Shown: positions 20,633-30,576, numbered from the stretch's first letter. The stretch is DNA of 64,000 bases from Coprobacillus sp. (GCA_021203905.1 JAJQAG010000004.1:129939-193938); one strand, 5' to 3'. Notes: generated by a model from the letters alone, not told the origin. Translations and numbers: made by a program.

Positions 20633-21085
20633 TTATTTGGATGATTCGTCATCCTTTTTTGCTAATTTATTCATCCAAAAAGGAACCTGAAAATAGGAGG
20701 CTTCATCCATATTCATCACAAAGCCATTCACCGTGAAGTTTTTCTTGATGTCTCCCTTTTTAAAGGTGAGAGTGTAAAAACCAAGCACCACTCTTTCAAT
20801 CCCCCCAAGATTGATAAAGTGATAACCCATAAGTCTCTTTTCTATTTCTTCTTTCTCCTTCTCATCAAGACAGAGGGAGTAGTCATATTTAAGAGAGTTA
20901 TATTCCCTGAGATAACTATCGACATCTCTTGAAGTGGGAGACATAAATAGTTCTCCGGTTTCTTCGTTTTTATCAACGAGAAGAAAGGGTTCATCATCGG
21001 TCTGATAAATATAGTTTCTTCCCCTGAATTTAGCGGTCAGTAAATAACGACCTTTTAAAAGATAAAAGTTCCCAATTTCTAACAT
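20633..21085 (-). CDS. hypothetical protein (150 aa)
   Basis: No recognisable family. It is preceded by the conserved ~25-nt motif described in the findings. Confidence 0.5.
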   Translation of the reverse strand: MLEIGNFYLLKGRYLLTAKFRGRNYIYQTDDEPFLLVDKNEETGELFMSPTSRDVDSYLREYNSLKYDYSLCLDEKEKEEIEKRLMGYHFINLGGIERVVLGFYTLTFKKGDIKKNFTVNGFVMNMDEASYFQVPFWMNKLAKKDDESSK

Positions 21086-21148
21086 AAAAAACCTCCTTGT
21101 CTATATATTCATTAGGGAGGTTTAATGCTAATCTCGGACATCAAATTA

Positions 21149-22063
21149 TTAGTCACTGTTAAAAGGTTCGAGTGAATCGAGAATATTTTTAAAATATTCT
21201 GGGAGAGGACTATTAAAGGTCATCTCTTCTTTTGTAGTGGGATGAACAAGGGTTAACTGGTAGGCATGAAGCATCTGTCCATTGGGGCTGAGAGGTTTAA
21301 CATTCTTTTCACCATATAAAGGATCACTTTCAATGGGATAACCAAGATAGGCAAGGTGCACTCTAATCTGGTGAGTACGGCCGGTCTCTAGATCACATTT
21401 AATAAGGGTGTGACTCTTATATCTTTTAACCACTTCAAAGTAGGTCACCGCGCTTTTACCCCCTCTGACCACCGCTTGTTTCATGGGATACTTTTTATCT
21501 TTATCAATGGGTAAATCAATCTTCGCTTTATTCTCCTTAATGTTTCCTCTCACCAGAGCATAGTAACTTCTTCTCATCGTGTGATCTTCAAGTTGCTGTG
21601 AAAGAAAGGCATGAGCATAGTCATTCTTCGCCACACAGACGAGTCCAGAGGTATCTTTATCGATGCGGTGGACAATCCCAGGACGAAGATCCCCGTTTAA
21701 AGTGGAGAGTTGAGCGAAATGATAGGCAAGAGCATTGGCCATGGTGTGGGTCTCATTACTGATTCCAGGGTGCACTACCATACCCTGAGGTTTATCCACA
21801 ATGATAATGTCATCATCCTCATAGACAATATTAAGGGGAATATCTTCTTTAAGAAGAGTGACTTCTTTCTCGACCTCTTCCACACTGATTTCATCATCAA
21901 GTTTAGTGATATAAGAAGGTTTGACTTTAGTGTCATTAACTAACACTCCCCCTTCTTTAATAAGTGTGGCAATACTACTTCTGGACATATTAGGAAAAGA
22001 TAAGGCCAAGGCCTTATCAATTCTCATATCTTTAAGGTAATCGTCAACTTTTACTCTTTCCAC
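21149..22063 (-). CDS. rluD: 23S rRNA pseudouridine synthase, RluD/RluA family
   Basis: 304 aa with an S4 domain and the catalytic motif HRIDKDTSGL. Confidence 0.92.
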   Translation of the reverse strand: MERVKVDDYLKDMRIDKALALSFPNMSRSSIATLIKEGGVLVNDTKVKPSYITKLDDEISVEEVEKEVTLLKEDIPLNIVYEDDDIIIVDKPQGMVVHPGISNETHTMANALAYHFAQLSTLNGDLRPGIVHRIDKDTSGLVCVAKNDYAHAFLSQQLEDHTMRRSYYALVRGNIKENKAKIDLPIDKDKKYPMKQAVVRGGKSAVTYFEVVKRYKSHTLIKCDLETGRTHQIRVHLAYLGYPIESDPLYGEKNVKPLSPNGQMLHAYQLTLVHPTTKEEMTFNSPLPEYFKNILDSLEPFNSD

Positions 22064-22886
22064 GAGAGGTCTTCTCCTCTATGGTTTCTTTAGTTGGGGT
22101 CTCTACGGGGGCGACTACAACGTCCTCAACCTTTTCTTCTTCTTTTGGATTTGTGGATTCCTCTCCATGTATTAAAGCGTCCATCTGAGCTTGATGAAGC
22201 GCCACTTCGCTCTTAGCTTTCTCTTCTTTCTCTTTCTTACTTTGTTTTCCGTCCCAGACAAAGAGCCAAATGATAAGCATAATCACTCCGACGACTAAGC
22301 AGGCATCCGCCCAGTTAAAAGTGGGGAACTCATAATTTCCAAAGTGGAAAGCAATCCAATCAATCACTCCACGAGTGCTCCCACTGACACCTAAATAGGA
22401 GGAAGTATAGAAGGCTCGATCAATCAGGTTTCCAATACAGCCCGCAAGAATAATCATGCAACAAGCTCTCGCAAATTTGGGAATCTTTTTATATTTGACT
22501 GCAAAAACAGTAATGATTACTACTGCGGCAATAACACTAATACCAACAAAAACAATGATATTTGCAGTGTAATTACCAGTATCTATTCCAAAAGCCATCC
22601 CATCATTGATGACATATTTTACCCCAAGGAAGTTATTAATAAGCCAGATCTCTTCGCCTTCACTGCTATAGTAGTAAGGAACATAGTCCTTAATTAAAGT
22701 TTTGGTGACGATATCGATAATAAACATCAAAACGAAGAGCCAAATAAAAGACTCGAAGATCCACTTCCAAGTAGCATCCCATTTAGGATGTTTCTTGACA
22801 GTAGCGGTTACTTCTTGTTCGGAAACCTGTGCGCTCTCTACGGGTGTGGTTTCAATAGGAGTTTCTTCCTTGACTTTCTTTGGCAT
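22044..22886 (-). CDS. lspA: lipoprotein signal peptidase II with N- and C-terminal extensions
   Basis: LspA core (NxGxAFG-like, GNLIDR) flanked by a K/E-rich tail and an acidic N-terminal extension. I moved the start to the Met with GGAG 9 nt upstream whose ATG overlaps the ileS stop as TAATG; the track start is 22922. Confidence 0.8.
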   Translation of the reverse strand: MPKKVKEETPIETTPVESAQVSEQEVTATVKKHPKWDATWKWIFESFIWLFVLMFIIDIVTKTLIKDYVPYYYSSEGEEIWLINNFLGVKYVINDGMAFGIDTGNYTANIIVFVGISVIAAVVIITVFAVKYKKIPKFARACCMIILAGCIGNLIDRAFYTSSYLGVSGSTRGVIDWIAFHFGNYEFPTFNWADACLVVGVIMLIIWLFVWDGKQSKKEKEEKAKSEVALHQAQMDALIHGEESTNPKEEEKVEDVVVAPVETPTKETIEEKTSRGKSKS

Positions 22887-25621
22887 TACTTTTTCTCCAT
22901 GAGATGATGACATCTTGGGCAAAGATATGAATCTTTCTCTACCTCTATGGCGTCATAATCATAGTTCCAACATCTCTCACAATAGTGTCCACTATGACGA
23001 TGGACATCAATGATTGAGTGGTTATATTCATCTCCTTTAATTTCTTCTTTATAGATATTAAATCCGGAGACGACAAAGAGATTCTTTAAATCTTCTTTGT
23101 TTATTTTATCAAATAAGTGGGAAATATTTACATCTTTTATGAAAATATTTACTTCCGCTTCTTGACTAGAACCAATAGTTCCTTTTTCTCTCTCCACTTC
23201 AAGTGCCTTTAAGACTTCACTTCTTAAAGCCTTAAAGAGTTCGTATTCCAAGAGAAGAGCGTCATCCACTTCCCCCTCTTTTGGAAAGTCGAGCAATTGG
23301 ACATATTCCTCTCTTTTCCCAGGAAGATTCTTATTAAATTCGTCCATGGTGAAAGGAAGAATAGGATTAAGTAATCTTAAGATAGATTCTGAGACGAGAT
23401 ACATCACTGATTGCATCTGGTTCCTTCTCTTTGAATCTTTTTCATCACAATATAAAGTGTCTTTAGCAATATCTAGATAGAAGGAAGATAAATCACTAGA
23501 AAGGAAAGTCGTAATATAACTCATTCCGTTCGCGTAGTTATATTCATCAAAACTCTTTCTCACTTCTCTCTCGACATAGTGTAAACGATTAAGGATATAG
23601 GTATCCACAAGGGTAAAATCACTAGTAGTATTCTTGGGATCAAAGTCCACAAGATTCCACGACATAAACTTTAAAGTATTACGGATTTTACGATAGACTT
23701 CACTTACTTGTTTAATGATATCTTCACTCATTCTCACATCGCTTTGATAGTCGATTGTCCCGCAGTAAAGACGAACGACATCGCTACCATACATATCTAT
23801 CACTTTAAGTGGGTCAGTACCATTACCTTTAGACTTAGACATCTTCTCCCATTTTTCATCCATGATAAACCCATGGGTGACCACGGCATCATAGGGGGCG
23901 TGACCATAGACTGCGGTCGAGATAATAAGGGAAGAATTAAACCATCCACGATACTGATCGCTCCCTTCTAAGTAGAGATTTGCGGGGAAATTTAAACCTT
24001 TATCGACGATATTGTACATAAAGGAAGAACCACTATCAAACCACACATCCATGATATCGACTTCCTTAGTAAATATCCCGTGGGGAGAATGAGAATTTTT
24101 ATAGCCTTTAGGGAGTAAATCTATCGGGTCTTTTTCATACCATACATTTGACCCATTTTCTCTCACTAATTTAATAATATTATCAAAGACTTCTTTCTCA
24201 ATAATGGGAGTCTTATCTTCACAGTAAATAATGGGGATAGGAACACCCCACGCTCTCTGACGAGAGATACACCAATCGCTACGATCTTTAATCATATTGA
24301 CCATTCTTACTTCTCCCCAACTTGGGTACCATTTTACCTTATGAATTTCATTTAGAAGCTTCTCTCTAATGGGTTCAATTGAGCAGAACCATTGATCCGT
24401 CGCTCTAAAGATTAAAGGTTTATTAGTTCGCCAATCATGAGGATAGGAGTGAATAAAGGTTTCATGTTTTAAAAGATGTTGATTCTTCGCGAGAATATCA
24501 AGAACGACATCATTTCCTTTCTCGTAGAATAAACCACTTAACTCTGCTCCGACACTCTCATCAAAATATCCCTTCTCATCCACTGGGCAATAAGGTTCAA
24601 TCCCATATTTTTGACAGACAATAAAATCATCCACACCATGTCCACCAGCGGTATGGACAAATCCCGTTCCAGCGTCATCGGTAACATGAGTTCCAAGAAT
24701 AATGGGAACTACTCTCTCATAGAAAGGATGAGAACATTTAACAAGTTCCACTTCTTTTCCCTTAAATTCCCGAATGAGTTTCACATCTTTAAGATTAAGT
24801 TCATTCACTAATTTATCTTTTAGAGAAGTAAGGAAGGCTAAGTTTCCTCTGTTTGTACAATACACTCCATAAGTAAAATCTGGATGAGCGGATATCGCCA
24901 TATTTGCAGGTAAGGTCCATGGGGTGGTGGTCCAAATAACCACTTGATCACCTTTGTTTAAGATGCCATTTCCTTCAATGACATCAAAGGCCACATAGAT
25001 AGAGTGGCTTTCAACATCTTTATATTCAATCTCTGCTTCTGCTAAAGCGCTTTCACTACTCGGGGACCAATAGACAGGCTTAAGGCCTTTATAGATAAGA
25101 CCATCAAGCGCCATCTTGGCGAAACACTCTAGCTGGCTAGCTTCGTATTCTTTTAAAAGGGTGAGATAAGGTTTCTTAAAATCTCCCACGACTCCTAAAC
25201 GTTGGATTTCTTCTTTTTGTCTTTCCACTTGCTCCAAAGCATAGTCTTTACATTGGTCACGGAACTGGACAATAGGTGTGGTCTTTCGATTGATTCCCAT
25301 CGCTGTGACTTTATTTTCAATAGGGAGACCATGGGTATCCCAACCAAAGACAAAGGGTGTTTGATAACCACACATATTCTTATAACGGATGGTGATATCT
25401 TTAAGCACTCGATTAAGCATATGCCCACAGTGCATATCTCCGTTAGCGTAGGGCGGTCCATCATGGAGAGTGTACTCTGGACACTCTTTTCTTTTCTCCA
25501 TCATTAAAGAGTAGAGATCCTCATCTAACCACTTCTTGATAAGAACTGGTTCTTTAGAAGGGAGGTTTCCTCTCATCTCAAAATTACTTTTATTCATCAG
25601 TAAGGTGTCTTTATAATCCAT
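22886..25621 (-). CDS. ileS: isoleucyl-tRNA synthetase
   Basis: 911 aa with HIGH (PYANGDMHCGH), KMSKS and a C-terminal zinc cluster (CERC..CPRC). Confidence 0.97.
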   Translation of the reverse strand: MDYKDTLLMNKSNFEMRGNLPSKEPVLIKKWLDEDLYSLMMEKRKECPEYTLHDGPPYANGDMHCGHMLNRVLKDITIRYKNMCGYQTPFVFGWDTHGLPIENKVTAMGINRKTTPIVQFRDQCKDYALEQVERQKEEIQRLGVVGDFKKPYLTLLKEYEASQLECFAKMALDGLIYKGLKPVYWSPSSESALAEAEIEYKDVESHSIYVAFDVIEGNGILNKGDQVVIWTTTPWTLPANMAISAHPDFTYGVYCTNRGNLAFLTSLKDKLVNELNLKDVKLIREFKGKEVELVKCSHPFYERVVPIILGTHVTDDAGTGFVHTAGGHGVDDFIVCQKYGIEPYCPVDEKGYFDESVGAELSGLFYEKGNDVVLDILAKNQHLLKHETFIHSYPHDWRTNKPLIFRATDQWFCSIEPIREKLLNEIHKVKWYPSWGEVRMVNMIKDRSDWCISRQRAWGVPIPIIYCEDKTPIIEKEVFDNIIKLVRENGSNVWYEKDPIDLLPKGYKNSHSPHGIFTKEVDIMDVWFDSGSSFMYNIVDKGLNFPANLYLEGSDQYRGWFNSSLIISTAVYGHAPYDAVVTHGFIMDEKWEKMSKSKGNGTDPLKVIDMYGSDVVRLYCGTIDYQSDVRMSEDIIKQVSEVYRKIRNTLKFMSWNLVDFDPKNTTSDFTLVDTYILNRLHYVEREVRKSFDEYNYANGMSYITTFLSSDLSSFYLDIAKDTLYCDEKDSKRRNQMQSVMYLVSESILRLLNPILPFTMDEFNKNLPGKREEYVQLLDFPKEGEVDDALLLEYELFKALRSEVLKALEVEREKGTIGSSQEAEVNIFIKDVNISHLFDKINKEDLKNLFVVSGFNIYKEEIKGDEYNHSIIDVHRHSGHYCERCWNYDYDAIEVEKDSYLCPRCHHLMEKK

Positions 25622-25860
25622 ACTCTCTCCTTAAAAAGAAATAAAAAGCATCCATATCTAAGGACGCTTTCGCGCGGTACCACCTTAGTTCTAGAGAACC
25701 CTCTCTAGCGCTTCATTAGCCTAATAACGTTTAGAAAACGGAGACTTACTCTTAGTTCAGTACTCATAAGAAGGAGTGATATCTATACATCTCTTTCTTG
25801 TTGACCTTTCCATCCACTGCCAACTCGCTGTAAGGGGGTGATATATAAACTTGTCTCCTA
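25622..25860 (-). promoter_or_regulatory. T-box riboswitch leader of ileS
   Basis: The minus strand reads AACTAAGGTGGTACCGCGCG (T-box), then a terminator hairpin and a U-run upstream of the ileS RBS. Confidence 0.8.
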
Positions 25861-25990
25861 ATTGCTTACTAACAAGCAAGATTATTATAGAAATAAAGTT
25901 TCTATAACGCAAGGAAGTTTATAAATAGTATTAGACAGACTATGCTCTAATATCGATAAGTATGTTCCACTTTTAAGCAACTATTTTGCA

Positions 25991-26392
25991 GTGGCAACCC
26001 CAGATTACAGAACTTATCAAGATATGAACGATAATGTAATCCGTTACAACACTTACAGGAATCGATGGATTGGTGCGTATCTACAAGAACGGGGAATCAA
26101 AGTCATTCCAACCATTGGGTGGGGTAGTAAGCAAACCTTTAAGTATGCCTTTTCCGGGGTGGAAAAAGGAAGTGTCGTGATTGTCTCCACAATTGGTTGC
26201 CAAAAAGTTAAGAAAGATTTTATAAGGGGGTATAACAAGATGCGAAAAGTTATTAAACCATCGATAGTTATCGTTTATGGGAAACTAATCCCAGGAATAA
26301 AAGGCAAAATCATAAATTTTGCTTATGAAGACGCATTTTTAGGACATGATATATCCAATCATATCGAAAATATCAAAAAGGGGGTAAAATAA
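25991..26392 (+). CDS. hypothetical protein A (133 aa) with a GTG start and no obvious RBS; may be the C-terminal remnant of a larger protein
   Basis: First gene of the opposite-strand cassette. The motif IPTIGWGSKQTFKYAFSGVEKGSVVIVSTIG is not assignable to a family from sequence alone. Confidence 0.4.
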   Translation: MATPDYRTYQDMNDNVIRYNTYRNRWIGAYLQERGIKVIPTIGWGSKQTFKYAFSGVEKGSVVIVSTIGCQKVKKDFIRGYNKMRKVIKPSIVIVYGKLIPGIKGKIINFAYEDAFLGHDISNHIENIKKGVK

Positions 26393-26394
26393 AC

Positions 26395-26805
26395 ATGGGT
26401 GGACGAGGAGCATTTGCCGATTCTAACAATCAAAATTTCACCTTTGTTGAAGGTGGCCAAACTTACCGAACAATTAAAAAATATAAAGGGTTTGAAACAA
26501 TCGAAAAAATTGATCAAACCAAAAATACTGCTATCCCTTTTTATTCCCATTCTGGAAGCAACATATATGTAGTAGTCCAACAGAATAAGATTAAAAATAT
26601 AACAGTGTACGGAGAAAACCACAATGTAGTTACAAGTATTGATTTTTACAAAAAGCACCACGGAGTGATTCCCCATACGCATCCTCATGGGATTCATACA
26701 AATGATGGACCCGGAATCCCACCAACAGAAGAAGAATGGAAGTTGATACGATACATCAAAAAGAAAACGAGGTTAAAATGTTTCAATGATCAAAGCACCA
26801 ATTAA
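26395..26805 (+). CDS. hypothetical protein B (136 aa), His-rich HTHPHGIH motif
   Basis: Good RBS (AAGGGGG), Gly-rich N-terminus (MGGRGAF); its 3' end overlaps ORF C by 20 nt. Confidence 0.5.
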   Translation: MGGRGAFADSNNQNFTFVEGGQTYRTIKKYKGFETIEKIDQTKNTAIPFYSHSGSNIYVVVQQNKIKNITVYGENHNVVTSIDFYKKHHGVIPHTHPHGIHTNDGPGIPPTEEEWKLIRYIKKKTRLKCFNDQSTN

Positions 26806-27283
26806 TTATTATGGCGAATGCAAATCAATTAATATCTTCTATGACTACTACTATCCACTAAAGAGTGTTGAAGATTTTTGCAATGTCTGCATGGTTTTTG
26901 AGTACGATGGTGTCCTCTATCTTCTAGATGAGGAGATGGTGGATCCAGACATATTTCCTAACAATAAAAATGACGGATGCGATTACTCCATGAGAAGAAT
27001 CTACCGCTTGAAGTTACAAGACGACGGAACTTACCAAAGAACTTTACTTGCTACATATAGAACACTAGCAAAAGTCCTCACGGAATGGAAAGTAGACGGT
27101 GTCCCCTTAGAATCCATGTTTGGAATGGACAATATGAGAGTAATCGAAATGTATTCTCGAGAGTATCGAGAAGAAAACACACTAAACTTTAAAGAATATG
27201 CCGAGAGGTATAAGAGAAATAATGAACCAAACGACAAAAAGACCAAAAAACACAAAAAGAAATGGTGGGAAAAATTGCGATGA
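26786..27283 (+). CDS. hypothetical Tyr/Asp-rich protein C (165 aa), paralog of D
   Basis: Shares the pattern FY..YY..P..D..F.Y.G..Y..EE..DFPN..DG.DY..R..Y.L..DG with ORF D; K-rich C-terminus. Confidence 0.5.
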   Translation: MIKAPINYYGECKSINIFYDYYYPLKSVEDFCNVCMVFEYDGVLYLLDEEMVDPDIFPNNKNDGCDYSMRRIYRLKLQDDGTYQRTLLATYRTLAKVLTEWKVDGVPLESMFGMDNMRVIEMYSREYREENTLNFKEYAERYKRNNEPNDKKTKKHKKKWWEKLR

Positions 27284-27663
27284 CAGACAATCACTTTGAT
27301 TCACTAGATGAATTCTACAATTTATACTATGAACGCCGCCCTTATCCTGGACCCGATTACATGGATATGGATTTCTATTACAAAGGAAAGTTTTATTGGT
27401 ACATGGAAGAAGGCATCATGAGAGAAGATTTTCCAAATTTATACCACGATGGGGGAGATTATGCCGTTAGAATTGCTTATGAATTGATACCAGAAGATGG
27501 GAAGCCGATGTCGAAAGAAAAGTACGATTTTACAAAGTGCAAGTGTATATTATTAGGAAAATATCGCTTGATGGAGGATATTCTCAATGATTGGATAATC
27601 GATGGGAAGCCATTTAAAGATGTCCTCATTGATAAAGAGACACATATTTACGATATTAGATAG
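27280..27663 (+). CDS. hypothetical Tyr/Asp-rich protein D (~127 aa), paralog of C
   Basis: Start probably at the internal Met (MTDNHF), which has GGTGGGA upstream; the track start is 27262. Ends at a bidirectional terminator. Confidence 0.5.
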   Translation: MTDNHFDSLDEFYNLYYERRPYPGPDYMDMDFYYKGKFYWYMEEGIMREDFPNLYHDGGDYAVRIAYELIPEDGKPMSKEKYDFTKCKCILLGKYRLMEDILNDWIIDGKPFKDVLIDKETHIYDIR

Positions 27664-27671
27664 TTCCTATT

Positions 27672-27705
27672 AAAAAAAAAGGTGGCTGGGCCACCTTTTA
27701 TTTAT
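27672..27705. terminator. bidirectional rho-independent terminator
   Basis: A9-GGTGGC-TGG-GCCACC-T-run. Serves ftsZ on the minus strand and the cassette on the plus strand. Confidence 0.7.
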
Positions 27706-28808
27706 TGTTTCAAGAAAGAGGGGAGAATGTTAGATTTATCTAACTCCTCCTTCTCTTCACTCTTTTCTGGCTCACTCTCTTCAATGGGAGCCTCCTCAAT
27801 AGTAGGACGAGTAATTGGATCCACAAGCAAGGGTTGAGAGAAATCCATCTCTTGTTCAAAGTCCGCGGCAATGACACTGACGATGATTTCATCATCGAGT
27901 TGATCATTAATGCTCACTCCAAACTTGATATCAATATCTCTTCCCGCGGCTTCGATAAGATATCTCACCGTATCTTGAGCATCAAAGAGAGAGACATTAG
28001 TGCCACAAGTCACAGAGACAATGGCGCGTCTTGCTCCAGCAACACTGGCTTCTAGTAAAGGAGAGGAGATGGCGCTTAAAGCGGCGTCTTTTGCCCGATT
28101 AGGTCCTTTTCCATAACCACTACCAATGAGTCCCACTCCAGAATGTTGAAGGGTATTTCTCACATCCGCAAAATCGAGGTTGATAACTGCGGGGAGTAAG
28201 ATGAGATTCACCACTGTCTTCACAGATTGCGATAAGACTTTATCGCTTTCCGCAAAAGCACTAGGAATAGGAATTGTTCCCACATTTCTAAGGAGTTGAT
28301 CGTTAGAGACGACAATAATTGAGTCGACATTTTCTTTAAGTTTATTTAAGCCATCGATGGAGTTATTGATCCTTGTCTGTCCCTCAAAGGTAAAAGGACG
28401 AGTGACAATGGCCACGACTAGCGCACCTGCATCTTTCGCGATACGAGCGACCACCGGAGCGGCGCCTGTACCAGTGCCACCACCCATACCGGCAGCGATA
28501 AAGACAAGATCCGCACCATTAACCATCTCTCTAATGGCGTCAGCGCTCTCTTCTGCGGCTTTTTCTCCGACTTCAGGAACACCCCCGGCTCCTAAGCCTC
28601 CCGTCGTGTTCTCTCCTAAAACTGTCCTATTTGATGCTTTAGAAGAGGAGAGAGCTTGTTTATCAGTATTCAAAACATAGAAGGTGACATTAGCAATTTC
28701 ATCATCAATCATACGATTGACAGCATTGCTTCCTGCTCCCCCCACACCAATGACGACAATTTTGCATGCGGGTTCAAAATTATCTAAGTCATAGTTCCCA
28801 CTAGCCAT
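27702..28808 (-). CDS. ftsZ: cell division protein FtsZ
   Basis: Tubulin signature GGGTGTG with a GVGGAGSNAV N-terminus. The start is probably the Met of MASGNYDL; the track start at 28874 runs into ftsA. Confidence 0.93.
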   Translation of the reverse strand: MASGNYDLDNFEPACKIVVIGVGGAGSNAVNRMIDDEIANVTFYVLNTDKQALSSSKASNRTVLGENTTGGLGAGGVPEVGEKAAEESADAIREMVNGADLVFIAAGMGGGTGTGAAPVVARIAKDAGALVVAIVTRPFTFEGQTRINNSIDGLNKLKENVDSIIVVSNDQLLRNVGTIPIPSAFAESDKVLSQSVKTVVNLILLPAVINLDFADVRNTLQHSGVGLIGSGYGKGPNRAKDAALSAISSPLLEASVAGARRAIVSVTCGTNVSLFDAQDTVRYLIEAAGRDIDIKFGVSINDQLDDEIIVSVIAADFEQEMDFSQPLLVDPITRPTIEEAPIEESEPEKSEEKEELDKSNILPSFLKQ

Positions 28809-30030
28809 TGTTACGACCTCCTTTAGAAGATGTACGTGTTCCAGTAGGATTGGCTGCTGGACGAGTATCTTCATAAATATTCTTATATTTAGAGTTTGTT
28901 AAAACTGCTCCTAAGACATTGTAGAGATTGGGTTTTCTCGCTCCTAAACTCGTGGGTACGGGAGTGGTGATATTCTTTGAACTCACTATCGGAGAGAGAT
29001 AGGAGACGAGTCCATTAAGACGGGCTCCACCCCCGATTAAGACCATCGGGAGAGAGCGGTAAAAGTCTTTCTCTTCCTCTTCATAACCCGCGAGTAAGAC
29101 ATCTATCGTCGTATTGAGATGATTGATGAAGGTTTCAAGTTCTTCTTTGACAAGATCATTTAGTTCAGAAGCATAACAGACCTTCCCCTCTTCGCTTGTA
29201 TAGATGGGAACTTGGAAACGCATTTGCTTCTTATCATAGCCATAGAGACATTTAAGCTCTTCGGCTTTTTCCATAGAAACACTAAGATGATGAGCGATAT
29301 GTCTCGTAATACTATTCCCACCCCAGGCAAACTGTTGAGAGGAATATAGCACTCCATCGCCAATAAGAGAAACAGTAGTCATCTCTCCACCGATATCCAC
29401 TAAGAAGTAAGCACTAGGGGTTGTGGGTTGAGTAGCGAGTAGTTCGCAAGCGGCAAAAGGTGCCACTACCATTCGAGAGATAGATAATCCCGCTTCAAGA
29501 ACCGCTCTACGATAACTATCAATAAGAGGGATGGGGAGAGTGTGAAGTTTCGCTCGCATGGTTAGTCCCGTAGAAACTAAACCAATAGGAGGGGTTATAT
29601 ACTCCTTCCCATCATCGACAATGAAGGTGTCAGGGATAATATCCACACAATCATTATTGAGTTCCGCCGGAAATTTATCTTTTCTAATCAAAGCGTATAA
29701 GTTCTTAATATCTATCGTATCGATTCTTCCTTCTGGAGAGACAATCGTCGTGAACTTATCATTGTTAAAGACCACAAGACCATTAGGAGGAAGCACTAAG
29801 ATAACCTCTTGAACGAGGACCGAGATCTTTGCATCAGGATCTTCAAACTTGGTTAAAGAACTAATCTCTTTGACAAGTTTGGCTTTATCAACGATGGAAC
29901 CATTCTCGATGACACCAGAAAGAGGTTTCTCCTTCACATAGATAACATACACTTGTCCTTCATTTTCAAAACCTTCAAGAAGTTTGAGAGATGAATCCGA
30001 AATTTCAAGAACAAAGACAGGTTTTTTCAT
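28801..30030 (-). CDS. ftsA: cell division protein FtsA
   Basis: 409-aa actin-like ATPase fold (DIGGEMTTVSL, VLIGGGARL). Confidence 0.85.
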   Translation of the reverse strand: MKKPVFVLEISDSSLKLLEGFENEGQVYVIYVKEKPLSGVIENGSIVDKAKLVKEISSLTKFEDPDAKISVLVQEVILVLPPNGLVVFNNDKFTTIVSPEGRIDTIDIKNLYALIRKDKFPAELNNDCVDIIPDTFIVDDGKEYITPPIGLVSTGLTMRAKLHTLPIPLIDSYRRAVLEAGLSISRMVVAPFAACELLATQPTTPSAYFLVDIGGEMTTVSLIGDGVLYSSQQFAWGGNSITRHIAHHLSVSMEKAEELKCLYGYDKKQMRFQVPIYTSEEGKVCYASELNDLVKEELETFINHLNTTIDVLLAGYEEEEKDFYRSLPMVLIGGGARLNGLVSYLSPIVSSKNITTPVPTSLGARKPNLYNVLGAVLTNSKYKNIYEDTRPAANPTGTRTSSKGGRNNG

Positions 30031-30333
30031 ACTGCTATTTTATAACTTTCGACTAATATTATACAAGAAATTAGTAAAATCATAAAATATAATTTTATAG
30101 TCTACTAAATATCTACTATTTTTCAACTTTTAAAAGTGGTCAGGCCCCACACTACTACGATGATCGAAACAAAAGAAAAACCCCATACATAAGGGGGATA
30201 GTACGGGGTTAGAGGCAGGAAGACACCTGTCTTAAGGAGGTTATATTATAACAACATTTCTGTCGATATAATTAACTTACATTACCAGTATTTTAACATT
30301 GATATTTTATCTCGTCAATACCTAAAAATAACC

Positions 30334-30576
30334 TTATTCATCAAATGGGGATTCGTAAGATAAAACATCAATAGAAGAGGTTTCAAGATTCTCCACGACT
30401 TCTGTGTGAACAGTCGAGGTTTTGTTATTTGAAAGATATGTAGGGATAGTGATGATAGCGCCGATTGAAACGAACAATAAAGTAATGAAACTGATGTTTC
30501 TTAAGCGATAGTAGCTTGCGGTCCTGTTGTACTTAATAAGTTTGTCTTTCATCGTGTTTCCTCTACTTTCTTTCAA
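30334..30576 (-). CDS. 80-aa single-TM protein in the FtsL position
   Basis: Basic N-terminus, one TM helix (ISFITLLFVSIGAIITI), short extracytoplasmic tail. Lies between rsmH and ftsA. Confidence 0.45.
   Translation of the reverse strand: MKESRGNTMKDKLIKYNRTASYYRLRNISFITLLFVSIGAIITIPTYLSNNKTSTVHTEVVENLETSSIDVLSYESPFDE

Noticed and set aside
26600-26760. ORF B His cluster as a JAB/MPN metalloprotease signature
   Set aside because: HTHPHG resembles the HxHP of JAMM, but the spacing to a downstream S/T-x-x-D/E does not fit the canonical motif. I kept it only as a weak hypothesis inside the cassette finding.
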